Part shown: in pieces, positions 42,215 through 52,451 of the stretch | Layout: each line of letters begins with the position of its first letter | Position numbering within the stretch: position 1 is the first letter of the stretch | Origin: an uncultured delta proteobacterium | Lineage (GTDB): Bacteria > Desulfobacterota > Binatia > Binatales > Binataceae | DNA: 64,000 nucleotides | Reading direction: 5' to 3' | Assembly: GCA_963765675.1 (NCBI GenBank) | Contig: CAVXXK010000001.1 | Location: 192,001 to 256,000, forward strand | Notes under the pieces: model-generated | Seen by the model: the letters and a program-made list of their open reading frames with translations, nothing else | The model's database searches: none | Told to the model about the DNA's origin: nothing | Program-made: the position numbers and the translations under genes

Positions 42215-43282
42215 TCATAGCGACGCCGCAATCTCCGCGCTCTCTTTAACGAGTTGCTCGACCAGATCTGCCGCCGGCATTGCGCGAGCGAGCGATGCGC
42301 CCTGGCCTGCCCACAGCGAGAGATAGCTCGCGTCGCCTTTCTTCGCCGCCGCGGTGCGCATCGGACGGGTCAGATTGTTCTGCGCGGGATACGGCAGGAT
42401 CGAGCGCTCGTGCTCTTTCATGCTGACGGCGAATGAATTCGGGATTCCGCGCGCGAGCCGGCCGCTGAACGCCCGCGTGAGGATCGTGGCGTCGTCGCGC
42501 GCCGCACGGATCGCGGCTCTGTAGGCCTCAGACGCTCCGCTCTCCGGGCATAGGAGAAACGCGGTTCCCATCTGAACTGCGCTCGCGCCGAGCGCCGCTG
42601 CGGCGACGATGCCGCGCCCGTCCATGATTCCTCCCGACGCGATCACGGGAAGCGGAACCGCGTCGGCGATCTGCGCAACCAGCGCCATCGTCCCGACGAG
42701 ACTGTCTTCGCACGAAGCCAGGAAAGTTCCGCGATGCGCACCGGCCTCGCTTCCTTGGGCGACGATCGCGTCGACGCCCGCGGCGTGCAACGCTCGCGCT
42801 TCAGCAACGGTCGTGGCCGTTCCGATGAGCTTGATGCCGCGCGCTTTCATCCGCGCCAGAACATCCGCCTCCGGGACGCCGAAGGTGAAACTGAAGATCG
42901 GAGCCTGCGCCTCCAGAACCGCCTTCACCTGCTGTGCAAATGGCGGGAGCGAGCTGCTTGGGTTCGTAGGGGCGGGCAGGCCGAGCTTTGCGTGAAACGA
43001 AGCCATCACTTTCAGCATCTCCGCCGAATCGTGCGAGCCGGTGCCGTCGGGACCGCCGGCGAACAGGTTAACCGCGAACGGCCGATTGGTCAGTGACCGA
43101 ATCTCGACGATCGTGCGCGCGATCTCCTCGGGCGTCATGTAACCCGCTCCCATCGAACCCAATCCTCCCGCATTCGACACCGCCGCTACGAGCGCCGGAG
43201 TGCTCGTTCCACCGGCCATCGGCGCCAGAATGATCGCGTGCTTGACGCCTAACCAGGAAGCAAATCGATCAAATCGCCGCAT
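42215..43282 (-). CDS. Nitronate monooxygenase family
   Basis: APMAGG, AVSNAGGLG, QGSEAGAHRG, GGIMDG, TRAFSGR, SLWAGQ. Confidence 0.92.
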   Translation of the reverse strand: MRRFDRFASWLGVKHAIILAPMAGGTSTPALVAAVSNAGGLGSMGAGYMTPEEIARTIVEIRSLTNRPFAVNLFAGGPDGTGSHDSAEMLKVMASFHAKLGLPAPTNPSSSLPPFAQQVKAVLEAQAPIFSFTFGVPEADVLARMKARGIKLIGTATTVAEARALHAAGVDAIVAQGSEAGAHRGTFLASCEDSLVGTMALVAQIADAVPLPVIASGGIMDGRGIVAAAALGASAVQMGTAFLLCPESGASEAYRAAIRAARDDATILTRAFSGRLARGIPNSFAVSMKEHERSILPYPAQNNLTRPMRTAAAKKGDASYLSLWAGQGASLARAMPAADLVEQLVKESAEIAASL

Positions 43283-43409
43283 TGCCACTAGGCCTCCTTG
43301 CCCATGGTTGAACACCTACCGAAACGACCGCTGGGATGCGAGTATAATCGCCGGGCAGGAAATCAACCGTGACAGGCAGCTGATCGACTCACTAATCACT
43401 CATTTTCAG

Positions 43410-43868
43410 ATGATGGCAAAATACAATCGGCTTGCGAACGCACTGTTATATGGTGTCTGTGGGCGGCTCTCCGATATGGAGCGTAGGGCCTTCTTCGGAA
43501 GCATCCACGGTACTCTTAACCACATCATGGTCGGCGATCGGATCTGGATGACCCGATTCGAGGGCGGTGAAGCGCCCTCCACCGGACTGGATGCGATTCT
43601 CTGTGATGATTTTGCCGAACTGAGGGCGGCGCGCGGCGTCGAGGACTCGCGGATCGACCGTTTCGCCTTGGGACTAAGCGCCAAATTTTTCGAGGGATCG
43701 ATCACTCACGTGAACAACCAGGGTAAGCGGTACTCCGACCCGATGCCCGTCCTATTCGCGCACTTCTTCAACCATCAAACTCACCATCGGGGCCGGATCC
43801 ACAACATGCTTTCGCAAGCGGGAGTCGAAACGCCCGTACTCGATCTCCATCGGGTAATCGTACCCTAG
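43410..43868 (+). CDS. DinB family protein
   Basis: FFGSIHGTLNHI, HFFNHQTHHRG; start uncertain. Confidence 0.85.
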   Translation: MMAKYNRLANALLYGVCGRLSDMERRAFFGSIHGTLNHIMVGDRIWMTRFEGGEAPSTGLDAILCDDFAELRAARGVEDSRIDRFALGLSAKFFEGSITHVNNQGKRYSDPMPVLFAHFFNHQTHHRGRIHNMLSQAGVETPVLDLHRVIVP

Positions 43869-43896
43869 TCAGGCGGCACTCTCTTGATGTGACGCG

Positions 43897-44037
43897 TCAG
43901 ACGTGGCCCAGCAGCAGCCAAACGACCAGGATAACGACGATGATAGGCGCGATTCCGCCGGCCGGACCATAACTGTTGTACCCGTAGTAGCCACCGCCGC
44001 CGCCGAAGATGAGGAGCAGGATTATAATTAGTATCAA
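43897..44037 (-). CDS. 46-aa DUF3309-like membrane micro-protein (not in ORF track)
   Basis: MILIIILLLIFGGGGGYYGYNSYGPAGGIAPIIVVILVVWLLLGHV; TTG start with AGGA RBS. Confidence 0.8.
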   Translation of the reverse strand: MILIIILLLIFGGGGGYYGYNSYGPAGGIAPIIVVILVVWLLLGHV

Positions 44038-44114
44038 CTTGACGTTTCCTTTCTCTGGCAGGGTTTCGGGTACGGAATTTTGGAGGTGGGAGGGCCCACC
44101 TCCAAATCCGGTTG

Positions 44115-44663
44115 CTAGCGCATCTCAGGTGCTCTTTGATCCTTGGGAACTGAGGTTTCTCCGGTGTACGAAATATCTGTCGCGCCACCTTCCTCGAGGA
44201 TTTTCTTGGCCCGATCGCGCTCCTTGCCGTCTTCCGTATGAACGGACAGAAGGATGTTCCCATCCTTGACCTTTCCTTCGTAGCGTCTCGCCTCATACTC
44301 AGGAATACCGAGGCCTATAAGCGCGCCGGTCAATCCTCCGACTGCCGCGACGCCGGCCGCGCCTGCCAGTGCTGCCATGATCGGACCGGCGGCGATGAAT
44401 ACTCCGAGTCCTGGAATTGCAAGCGCTCCGATACCGACCATCCAACCGAGCGCGCCTCCCAGGATTGCGCCGCTTCCTGCGCCCGTCGCCGCACCCTCTG
44501 GAGCTTTTGTGTGTTGCTCATGGGCGAAGTCCTTGGTGCCCTGTTTGTCAGGAAAAAGCACCGACACGTCATTCTGGGTGAAGCCTGCCGCTTTCAGGTT
44601 ATCGGCGATCACGATCGCCTCAGACTGAGTTTTTGCAATACCTATTACAGATTTCTTTGCCAT
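44115..44663 (-). CDS. General stress membrane protein (Gly-zipper, DUF3341/YflT-like)
   Basis: GAATGAGSGAILGG, LAIPGLG, AAGPIMAAL, LGIPEYEARRYE, ILLSVH. Confidence 0.8.
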   Translation of the reverse strand: MAKKSVIGIAKTQSEAIVIADNLKAAGFTQNDVSVLFPDKQGTKDFAHEQHTKAPEGAATGAGSGAILGGALGWMVGIGALAIPGLGVFIAAGPIMAALAGAAGVAAVGGLTGALIGLGIPEYEARRYEGKVKDGNILLSVHTEDGKERDRAKKILEEGGATDISYTGETSVPKDQRAPEMR

Positions 44664-44675
44664 GTTGTCCTCTGA

Positions 44676-45023
44676 CTATTGATTTTTGACTTGGATTTGA
44701 TTGTCGACTTTGTCCGCGCCTGCGATCGCCTGCGCTTTGCTCGCGATAGCGTCTTTTTCTTCTTCGGTCTTGACCGGCCCGAGCAGGGTGACGCTGCCGT
44801 TTACGCTGACAATCTTCACATTGTGCGCAAGGCTCGAGAGTGACTGATCTTTGACTACGGCCCTGCGGATTTTACGGGTGAGGGCTACGTCGGTTTTGGA
44901 GTTTGATTGCTGGCCTGCGGTCATCGCACCGGTGGCGGTGGGCGGCGCATCTTGCGCCATTGTGACGGTGCCAAAGCCCAGCAGTGCCGAGGACAATATC
45001 AGAGTTAATGCGAGTCGTTTCAA
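44676..45023 (-). CDS. BON domain protein, secreted
   Basis: Signal peptide; DVALTRKIRRAV, NVKIVSVNGSVTLLGPV, VDNQI. Confidence 0.9.
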   Translation of the reverse strand: MKRLALTLILSSALLGFGTVTMAQDAPPTATGAMTAGQQSNSKTDVALTRKIRRAVVKDQSLSSLAHNVKIVSVNGSVTLLGPVKTEEEKDAIASKAQAIAGADKVDNQIQVKNQ

Positions 45024-45044
45024 AGACTATACCTCTAATTATCT

Positions 45045-45128
45045 TTAGAGTACGTGACTGACTACGAACCAGATGACGAGAACGGTCACTGGGACTCCAA
45101 GTAGCCATGCGATTCCATATTTCAGCAT
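45045..45128 (-). CDS. 27-aa membrane micro-peptide (not in ORF track)
   Basis: MLKYGIAWLLGVPVTVLVIWFVVSHVL; GAGG RBS; fills the operon gap. Confidence 0.75.
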   Translation of the reverse strand: MLKYGIAWLLGVPVTVLVIWFVVSHVL

Positions 45129-45152
45129 ACCATTTACCTCTGGCTCCGATTG

Positions 45153-45662
45153 TTACTTCGCGGCGTGCGCCGCGTGTTGGTGGTCCGATGCCGGCTTCGA
45201 CGAAGGATTCTTCGTGAGCTGTTGTTTGCGTGCTTTGAGCTGGTCGCCCAGTTCCATCAGGCGCTTTTCACCCAGAAACTTCTTGGCGTCGGGAAACATC
45301 TCGCCTTCCTCTTCCTTGACGTGATGCTCAACGTCCTCTTTCAGGACTTTGATCTTCATATCCCAAGTCTCGTCGACCGGCGTGACCTCCGAGGTCTCGG
45401 CGAGCAGATCTTTTATCTGCTTGTGCTCTTCGTATCCCTCACGCACTTCGTCTTTGACGTTTTCCGACCGGGCCTTCTTGACCGCAGGATAAAAGATTTC
45501 TTCCTCGATAGTGGCGTGCACCTCCAGCGCGGCTTTTATCTGATCGAAAATTCCCTGTCTCTTCTGACCGTCGTGCTTGGTCAGCTTTTCTTCCTGTCCG
45601 AATAGCTTTTTGACCGCTGCGTGATCAGCCTTGAGCAACGCGATAGCGTCGTTCTTTTCCAT
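45153..45662 (-). CDS. Hemerythrin/HHE domain protein
   Basis: LKADH, HATIEEEIFYP, EEH, HHVKEEE. Confidence 0.92.
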   Translation of the reverse strand: MEKNDAIALLKADHAAVKKLFGQEEKLTKHDGQKRQGIFDQIKAALEVHATIEEEIFYPAVKKARSENVKDEVREGYEEHKQIKDLLAETSEVTPVDETWDMKIKVLKEDVEHHVKEEEGEMFPDAKKFLGEKRLMELGDQLKARKQQLTKNPSSKPASDHQHAAHAAK

Positions 45663-45742
45663 TTGAAGTACCTCTCTTTTGGTCGCGTGGCGTGCGCGAA
45701 TTTTTGTAATTGAATTGTGGACTCGTGCGCCAGATTAAAAAC

Positions 45743-45758
45743 TGCAACGGTCATGCCA
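45743..45758 (-). promoter_or_regulatory. sigma54 -24/-12 promoter of the hemerythrin-BON operon
   Basis: TGGCAT-GACCG-TTGCA on the minus strand. Confidence 0.75.
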
Positions 45759-46081
45759 TATGAACGCGGTCTCAGCAGAAAACTTACGCGGCAAACAAAG
45801 TGCGTTGGATATTGCTCTATCTGGAGAAAACCCGTTTCTTGATTTCGGATCGCTTCGTTACTCCGAACGCACGATTCGGAAAACGGTAATTGTTAGCCGT
45901 CTGCGGACAAGACGAGCCATCCGCGAAAATGCGAGGAACGAAGCCATCGTGCGTGAGATTTTCGAGGCAAAGGGTTCGCAGAAATGAATTTCAAAGTACT
46001 GATTGGCAACGGCGCGGCGTCCTCCTAATCGGCGTGAGCACTGAGCCGGCACCCCGAAATCGACGAGTGTTCCGGCTGCTA

Positions 46082-46097
46082 AGGCATGACTATTGCT
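46082..46097 (+). promoter_or_regulatory. sigma54 -24/-12 promoter of the response regulator
   Basis: AGGCAT-GACTA-TTGCT. Confidence 0.65.
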
Positions 46098-46130
46098 GAT
46101 TCTCTTCCTTGAACTCTTTGAGGTTGTAGA

Positions 46131-46508
46131 ATGGCTACCTTCGACGAGATACCGAGCCAGATTGTAATGTTGGTTGACGACGAAGAAGACGTCCGCGAGA
46201 TGATGTCCGAACTGCTCATGACCAAAGGTTTTCTTGTGCTCCAGGCAGGAAACGGCCTGGAAGCTATGGAAGTCCTGAAGGAAACGGAGCGGCTACCGTC
46301 TGTGGTGCTACTCGATATGGCAATGCCGACCATGGACGGCCCCACATTTCTTCGGGTGCGAGCCGAGGATCCGATCCTGAAAGACATTCCGGTTCTCGTA
46401 ATTTCCGGCTCTCCTCCACCGAAAGAGGCGGCCGAAGGAATCGAAGGTTTCTTCCGGAAGCCGGTAGAAGTTACTGAACTGCTTCAAGTGATTGGCCAGT
46501 ACCAGTAA
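46131..46508 (+). CDS. Single-domain response regulator
   Basis: LVDDE, LLDMAMPTMDG, ISG, KP. Confidence 0.92.
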   Translation: MATFDEIPSQIVMLVDDEEDVREMMSELLMTKGFLVLQAGNGLEAMEVLKETERLPSVVLLDMAMPTMDGPTFLRVRAEDPILKDIPVLVISGSPPPKEAAEGIEGFFRKPVEVTELLQVIGQYQ

Positions 46509-46675
46509 GGATAAGAAGCCGGAGTGGTACTGGGAGCTTGCTAGGGACTGTTCCCTGGAGAACGGATTTCGTTGGCTACGATTTGTTCTTTCGGTCAGAC
46601 TGTACTTCTCTAATTGCGTCTTCGAACACTCGTTTCGGTATCGCCTGACAAGGTTAGCGGGGGGAGAACTCTCGA

Positions 46676-48421
46676 ATGCAGGCCAATTCTTCTCTGCAAA
46701 GATCCGCCGGGGATAACAACTCGAACTCAGGATTCCCCGCAGTCAATGTGACCTTTGAAGAAGTCGACTTCCGTCGCGAGCTGCAGTCTCGACCTGTCCG
46801 TCCACCGAATTACGAAGCGGAGCATCGAGCTTTGGCCATGCTCGCTACCGAGATGGCCGAGAACCCGCGCAACATGCTTCAGAAGGTCGTCGAGATCGCG
46901 GTGGAACTGTGTCAGGCAGATACCGCCGGGATCAGCATATTGGAAGGCGATGTCTTTCGATGGGAGTCGCTGGCCGGAGTGTTCGCGGCGCGCCGAAATA
47001 GCACGATGCCCCGAGACGCGAGCCCCTGCGGCGTATGCGTCGATCAGAACACCACCCAGTTAATGTATTTAGCCGATCGCTGTTTTCCAGCGCTCGCGGC
47101 CGAGCCGCGATTCGTGGAAGCGCTGCTGGTTCCATTTCAACACAACGATAAGCCGGTCGGCACGGTATGGATTGTGGCGCATACCGAACAACGGAAATTT
47201 GACCGAGAAGACGAGCGCATCGTACGAACTCTGTCTCGGTTCGCTTCGGCCGGATGGCAATTGTGGAAGGCGTACAAGACCGAGGCGGAATCGAGTCGCA
47301 GCAAGGACCGGTTCCTGGCGATGCTGGGACACGAGCTGAGGAACCCGCTGGCCGCAATCCTGAGCGCCAACGACGTAATGCAAACCATCGGTATCAACGA
47401 CCCCAGAGCCGTGAAAGCGATGGAAGTCGTGGCGCGGCAATCGCGGCATCTCGGCAGGATGGTTGATGATCTGATCGATCAAACCCGAATCTCGCACGGT
47501 AAGCTCAAGCTCCAGAAAGAGCCGGTGGAACTCAAAGCGGCTCTCGATCAGGCAGTGAATTCAACCCGCGCCCAGATCGAGAGCCGGAAGCAGCGGCTAT
47601 CAATCAATATTTCCAACATTTCGGACGCTCCGGTTGTGCTCGATGCGGATCCGGTCCGGCTGTCCCAGATGCTGGCGAACCTGCTGGACAACGCCGCGAA
47701 ATACACGCCTGACGGCGGTGAAATTTCGATTACGGCGGATCTTGTGGACAATCAGGTCTTCATCAGCGTTCGTGACACCGGAATCGGAATCCCGCACGAT
47801 CAGATCAACAATATCTTTGATTTGTTCACTCAGTTGGATACTTCCCAAACGACCACGTCGCGGGGTCTCGGCATGGGTCTGTCCCTGGTTCGCAATCTGG
47901 CGGAGTTACACGGGGGCGGCGTTGAGGTAGCCAGTGCGGGACCGGGCCAGGGCAGCGTCTTCACTCTTCGACTGCCGATCTTTTCAAAGCGATCGTCGCG
48001 CGATGAGGTAAACAAACCCATCGAATCGGCGGGTCCGCGCGGGGTCTATCGTGTTCTTCTGGTCGAAGATGATGAAGACGTCGCGGAAAGTATGAGCGCG
48101 CTGCTCGCAATGGACGGCCACACCGTCAGCACCGCAAACAACGGCACTGTTGCGATGGAAACGCTGCACACCTTCGAGCCCGACGTTGTACTCCTGGACT
48201 TGGGGCTACCGGGAATAGACGGCTACCAGGTGGCTCGCCTCATGCGCTCGAAGACGCTCAGAGAGGATCTGGTGATCATCGCCTTGAGTGGCTACGGCGA
48301 GGAGGAACATCGCCGCAGGTCCCACGAAGCTGGCTGTGACGGCCATCTGGTGAAACCGGTCCAACCTGACGTGCTGCGCGGTCTGGTCGGCAAAATTCGA
48401 AATTCCTCCAAGCAACTCTGA
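46676..48421 (+). CDS. Hybrid sensor histidine kinase (GAF-HisKA-HATPase-REC)
   Basis: GHELRNPL, NLLDNAAKY, DTGIGI, GLGMGL, C-terminal LLDLGLPGIDG. Confidence 0.93.
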   Translation: MQANSSLQRSAGDNNSNSGFPAVNVTFEEVDFRRELQSRPVRPPNYEAEHRALAMLATEMAENPRNMLQKVVEIAVELCQADTAGISILEGDVFRWESLAGVFAARRNSTMPRDASPCGVCVDQNTTQLMYLADRCFPALAAEPRFVEALLVPFQHNDKPVGTVWIVAHTEQRKFDREDERIVRTLSRFASAGWQLWKAYKTEAESSRSKDRFLAMLGHELRNPLAAILSANDVMQTIGINDPRAVKAMEVVARQSRHLGRMVDDLIDQTRISHGKLKLQKEPVELKAALDQAVNSTRAQIESRKQRLSINISNISDAPVVLDADPVRLSQMLANLLDNAAKYTPDGGEISITADLVDNQVFISVRDTGIGIPHDQINNIFDLFTQLDTSQTTTSRGLGMGLSLVRNLAELHGGGVEVASAGPGQGSVFTLRLPIFSKRSSRDEVNKPIESAGPRGVYRVLLVEDDEDVAESMSALLAMDGHTVSTANNGTVAMETLHTFEPDVVLLDLGLPGIDGYQVARLMRSKTLREDLVIIALSGYGEEEHRRRSHEAGCDGHLVKPVQPDVLRGLVGKIRNSSKQL

Positions 48422-48625
48422 GCTGAAAGCCCGGGTTCCTGGTACACCACATCGCGCCGCGCAGAGGGCCGATGAGTTCTCTGATTTCGTTGGAGAATTG
48501 GGCGCTTTTCCGGTCTTAATCATCGAACCGACTCGATTCCTCTCTCTCGATTAGCCCGATCGCGTGCGGCGGGATTACCGAAACCGCGGCACCTTTGGTT
48601 CGTCCTACAGATTCGGAGAATAACG

Positions 48626-48904
48626 ATGAATATGAAACGTGTGGCGGCAGTGTTTAGCGCGGCGCTGCTCGCGAGCGCAATGGCTATGCCGGTAATGGCC
48701 CAGAACAATCCCTCTCCGGCAGATTCCGCGCACAGCACCACGGCGGTGAACGCCTCCAACTCCGGGAGCAAAGACGGGACGGCGGCAGCCGCGCATCCTA
48801 AGCGTCAACATGCTGCCCAAACCAGGAACAAAAAGAAGAAGCAATCGTTCTCAAAACGAATGCACGACAAGGCCGAGAAAATCCTTAGCGCGATCAAGCA
48901 GTAG
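48626..48904 (+). CDS. Small secreted basic protein
   Basis: Sec signal ending in VMA, GGAG RBS, Lys-rich tail. Confidence 0.7.
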   Translation: MNMKRVAAVFSAALLASAMAMPVMAQNNPSPADSAHSTTAVNASNSGSKDGTAAAAHPKRQHAAQTRNKKKKQSFSKRMHDKAEKILSAIKQ

Positions 48905-49151
48905 GCGCCGCAGAAATTCTCGAACCGGCAGACCGCGATCGTTCGCGTGGCGGCCGAAACGCACAGCCGTGCGCCCGATTGTTGAAGAACGCTCGCGTCC
49001 GGCGGTTGGGTTTGTTTCCAATCGAAAGAAGATCGAGTAGTATCGGGCCGCGCTTTTGACCGCGCGTGTCAGACGCGAGTTCGAGGCGGCTTAATCTATC
49101 GAAAAACGGGAGCGAGTTGCGCGATTTTGCGCAGGCTTTAGGCGGCTAAAC

Positions 49152-51803
49152 GTGGATACCGACCCGTGCACAACCGCAATGGCCAGTGCGGCGCAACAGT
49201 CGTGGGCTCGGCGTGATCAATTGGCGCCCGGCCACGCATCCGCGCAATATTCCCGGCAAAATGCCAGGTACGCATTGGCCAGGGGAACGACCGCGATACT
49301 GCTCGCGGTGGTTCTTGCGGCTGTGCTCGCGGCGCTCGTCGGATCGAAGGCGGATGCGGCACCGTCGGGGTCGAGCGGCCGGTCGCGCCTGCCGACGGCC
49401 GCCGAAACCGTTCGCGAGAAGCTCAAGCCGTTGGAGTCGAGCCTTAAGTCCCGCGAACCGATTTTTCTGAGCGGCCGTGACCTGTCATACGACAGCAAGC
49501 AAAACCTCCTGACGATCACCGGCGACGCGAAAGTGACCGAGGGGCCGACCACGCTCAAGGCCGACGTGATCACATTGAAGAACCGCACGCTCATCCACGC
49601 GACGGGAAACGTGCATCTGACCGATCCCGATTCCAACATCTTTGCGGATACGGGAACGCTGGATTTGACGACCGAGGAAGCGACGCTGACAAACGCGAAA
49701 GTGCACGCCCTCGATCAGAGTTACTACCTGACCGGTAGTACCTTGAACAAGACTTCCGGGCAGAACTATCACGCGGAAGACGCCACGTTGACCACCTGTA
49801 CCTGCAACAGCGATTCTCCTGACTGGGCGTTTAATGCGAAACATATCGATCTCGCGCTGAACGGCGAGATGAAGGCGCAGAAGGGCTATTTCGACATTCT
49901 GGGTCATCCAGTCATGCCATTACCCTATCTGCAATATAATACCGATCCCGAGCGCCACAGCGGCTTCCTGAGCCCACAGATAGGTTACTCGAGTCTGCGA
50001 GGCTTCTATCTTTTGCAACCTTATTTTCTTGATCTCGCACCCAATCAGGACGTGACTTTCGCGGGCGACTTCGAAAGCTCGGCGCGCGTCGGAGGTCTGG
50101 CTGAGTATCGCCGGGTGGACAGCGACGAAGATTTCATGCAGTTCACCATGAGCTACTACAATGAGAGCTTTCGCACCAATGCAAACCGGCTGAGCGACAC
50201 GGTAGACGATCAAATCGCCGATACCAACATTCCGGTCAATCGCTGGGGTATCGTGGGTTTGATGGAGAAGCATCTAACACCCACCCTGTTCGCATACGGA
50301 ACTGCAACCTCAGCCAGCGACAGCCTCTTCTTCCGCGAGATGAGCACCGTGGTGTTGTCCGGAAGGTACGGTTTGAACGGCGGAAATTGGCAGGCAAGCC
50401 GCAACGCGGATTCAGATCTGGGGCTGCTGCAGGAATTCGAGGACAGTTTCGTTCAACTCAACGGCACCTGGAACCAGGACCTCATTCAACCACAGCGATA
50501 TGCCCTGCAGACTTTGCCGAGTCTTACGTGGAGCGGGTATCAGGGCGTAGGCAACGGGTTCGGATATCTCACCTACAACGCTTCCGGGGTGAACTACTGG
50601 CGCCAATCCGGCATCGATGGATCCCGATTCGATGTTAATCCGCAATTCACGATTCCATGGTTGTGGAGCCGTTACCTGAACGGGTGGATGACGGCAGGTT
50701 TCGACTACGCGGCCTACGATGTCTCAGGCCGGCAGGTAAATGTGATCCCGGTCGGCACCAAGGGGCGGATATACAACAACAACCTGACGCTGGGTGCATC
50801 CGAACAGGAAGGGCTGATGCACCGTATCGTGCCGGACGTCGACCTCGGCATCCGAACAACGCTACTTGGAAAATCGGATTTGAGCTGGATCGGGCTGGGG
50901 CAGGCGACCGACTTGATTGTTCCAACTCTCGAATACAGTTACATCCCGACGGTGAACCAGAACCGTTTTCCGCTATTCGATGAAACCGATCGCATAAACC
51001 CCCGCAGCTTGATCTTCTACGGTTTTTCATCGCGGCTCTTTCTACAAATGGGAAATGTGAATCCCAACGCGGGCAACTATGGCTACAATATCGCCCGCGG
51101 AAAGGTTGGCCCCAGCTTCAGTACCGCCAGTGGATTTACCGAAGAGGTTTTGCGCCTGAGTGTTCAGCAGGCCTATGACACCAGCAACGCAATCGCGCCG
51201 GACGGTTCACGCCTCTCGGATGTGGCCTTCGCCGGAACCGTATTTCCTAACCGGGTCATATCGGGAGTCACTTCGGTGGACTGGAGCCCGCGCGCGCAAC
51301 AGCGGCTGGACAGCGCCAGCTTTGGAGTTCAATTCCAGCCTCCGGGACAAAAGCTGCCGAGTGTCTATAGCGGCAAGGAATCGATCGGGACCTACGTCCA
51401 GGTGTCGTATGCTTACGCCGCTCCCAACGCGGTTTTGCAATCGCCGAGTTCGTCAACCAACGCCATCTCGATGGCAACCTTGCGAGCTTATCTGAACGTG
51501 GGCGATTACATGGGACTATATTTCGCTCCGGATTATGATCTCGCCGCGAGCCGATTGCTGACTGACGTTATCGGGGTACGTTTGAAATCAGCTTGCGATT
51601 GCTGGTTTATCGACGTTGGGTTCGATCAGACTTACAATCCGAATAACACGTCGGTCATGTTACAGGTCACGCTGGGAGGGCTCGGCTCGATCGGCGAAGC
51701 ACCATTCGGCCTGAATCCGTTTCAGAGTGCCGGATTGTTGCCGCAGCAAGGCGGCAGGTTTCCGCAGATACCTCCCATGCGGCCGGAATCGACATCCCCA
51801 TGA
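49152..51803 (+). CDS. lptD: LPS-assembly outer membrane protein LptD
   Basis: OstA-like jellyroll, TTCTC..PDW, RHSGFLSP.IGYSS.RG, C-terminal ACDCW and VTLGGLG; start uncertain. Confidence 0.85.
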   Translation: MDTDPCTTAMASAAQQSWARRDQLAPGHASAQYSRQNARYALARGTTAILLAVVLAAVLAALVGSKADAAPSGSSGRSRLPTAAETVREKLKPLESSLKSREPIFLSGRDLSYDSKQNLLTITGDAKVTEGPTTLKADVITLKNRTLIHATGNVHLTDPDSNIFADTGTLDLTTEEATLTNAKVHALDQSYYLTGSTLNKTSGQNYHAEDATLTTCTCNSDSPDWAFNAKHIDLALNGEMKAQKGYFDILGHPVMPLPYLQYNTDPERHSGFLSPQIGYSSLRGFYLLQPYFLDLAPNQDVTFAGDFESSARVGGLAEYRRVDSDEDFMQFTMSYYNESFRTNANRLSDTVDDQIADTNIPVNRWGIVGLMEKHLTPTLFAYGTATSASDSLFFREMSTVVLSGRYGLNGGNWQASRNADSDLGLLQEFEDSFVQLNGTWNQDLIQPQRYALQTLPSLTWSGYQGVGNGFGYLTYNASGVNYWRQSGIDGSRFDVNPQFTIPWLWSRYLNGWMTAGFDYAAYDVSGRQVNVIPVGTKGRIYNNNLTLGASEQEGLMHRIVPDVDLGIRTTLLGKSDLSWIGLGQATDLIVPTLEYSYIPTVNQNRFPLFDETDRINPRSLIFYGFSSRLFLQMGNVNPNAGNYGYNIARGKVGPSFSTASGFTEEVLRLSVQQAYDTSNAIAPDGSRLSDVAFAGTVFPNRVISGVTSVDWSPRAQQRLDSASFGVQFQPPGQKLPSVYSGKESIGTYVQVSYAYAAPNAVLQSPSSSTNAISMATLRAYLNVGDYMGLYFAPDYDLAASRLLTDVIGVRLKSACDCWFIDVGFDQTYNPNNTSVMLQVTLGGLGSIGEAPFGLNPFQSAGLLPQQGGRFPQIPPMRPESTSP

Positions 51804-52415
51804 TTCGCGAATTCTCAAGCTCGGTTCGTTTTCGGATCGTCGCTGTTATTGGCTTTGTTCGCGGCAATAACCCTACAGAGCTGCAGCTTCCGATTTGCCG
51901 CCAACGGTACGCTACCAGACTCCGCAAAGACGATTTATATCGACAAGTTCGCCAATGCCACGCGGGTGCCCGGGGTAAATGACAAATATATGATCGCCCT
52001 GAAGCAGGAGATCTCGTCGCACCATCGCCTGGTCATCATCGACGATCGTTCAGGAGCCGATCTGGTCTTGAGCGGCCGGGTGCTCTATTTCGGCATGTCC
52101 TCGAGAACTTCCAATTCGGTCGCAGAACCTCTGGACTACGCAGACACCATGTCGGTCGAAGCGAAGCTGGTCAGCAACGATTCGGGAAAAATACTCTGGA
52201 GCAGTAACTCAATAAGCAGCAGCACGACGGCACCTGTCGTCAGCCAGGCGATCATTCCGACCACGCCTCAGTTCCTGCGCCAGAACCTGCGCGGGGGAGA
52301 TCTGGTCAACATGCCTGACCTTCAGGTTGCCGCTACCCAGCAAGCGACCGCGAGACAGCAGTTGATGACCCAGGCGGCGAGCGAGTTGTATACCGATATG
52401 GTTTGGGGTCTCTAG
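51800..52415 (+). CDS. lptE: LptE family lipoprotein (probable frameshift in the signal peptide; main frame 51849-52415)
   Basis: LQS-C-SFRF lipobox, TIYIDKFANAT, ADLVLSGRV, GKILW; ATG 51800 overlaps the lptD stop but is out of frame. Confidence 0.7.
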
Positions 52416-52451
52416 GGTATTCGGATTCCGGAGCCTTCGCAGCCGCAAACC

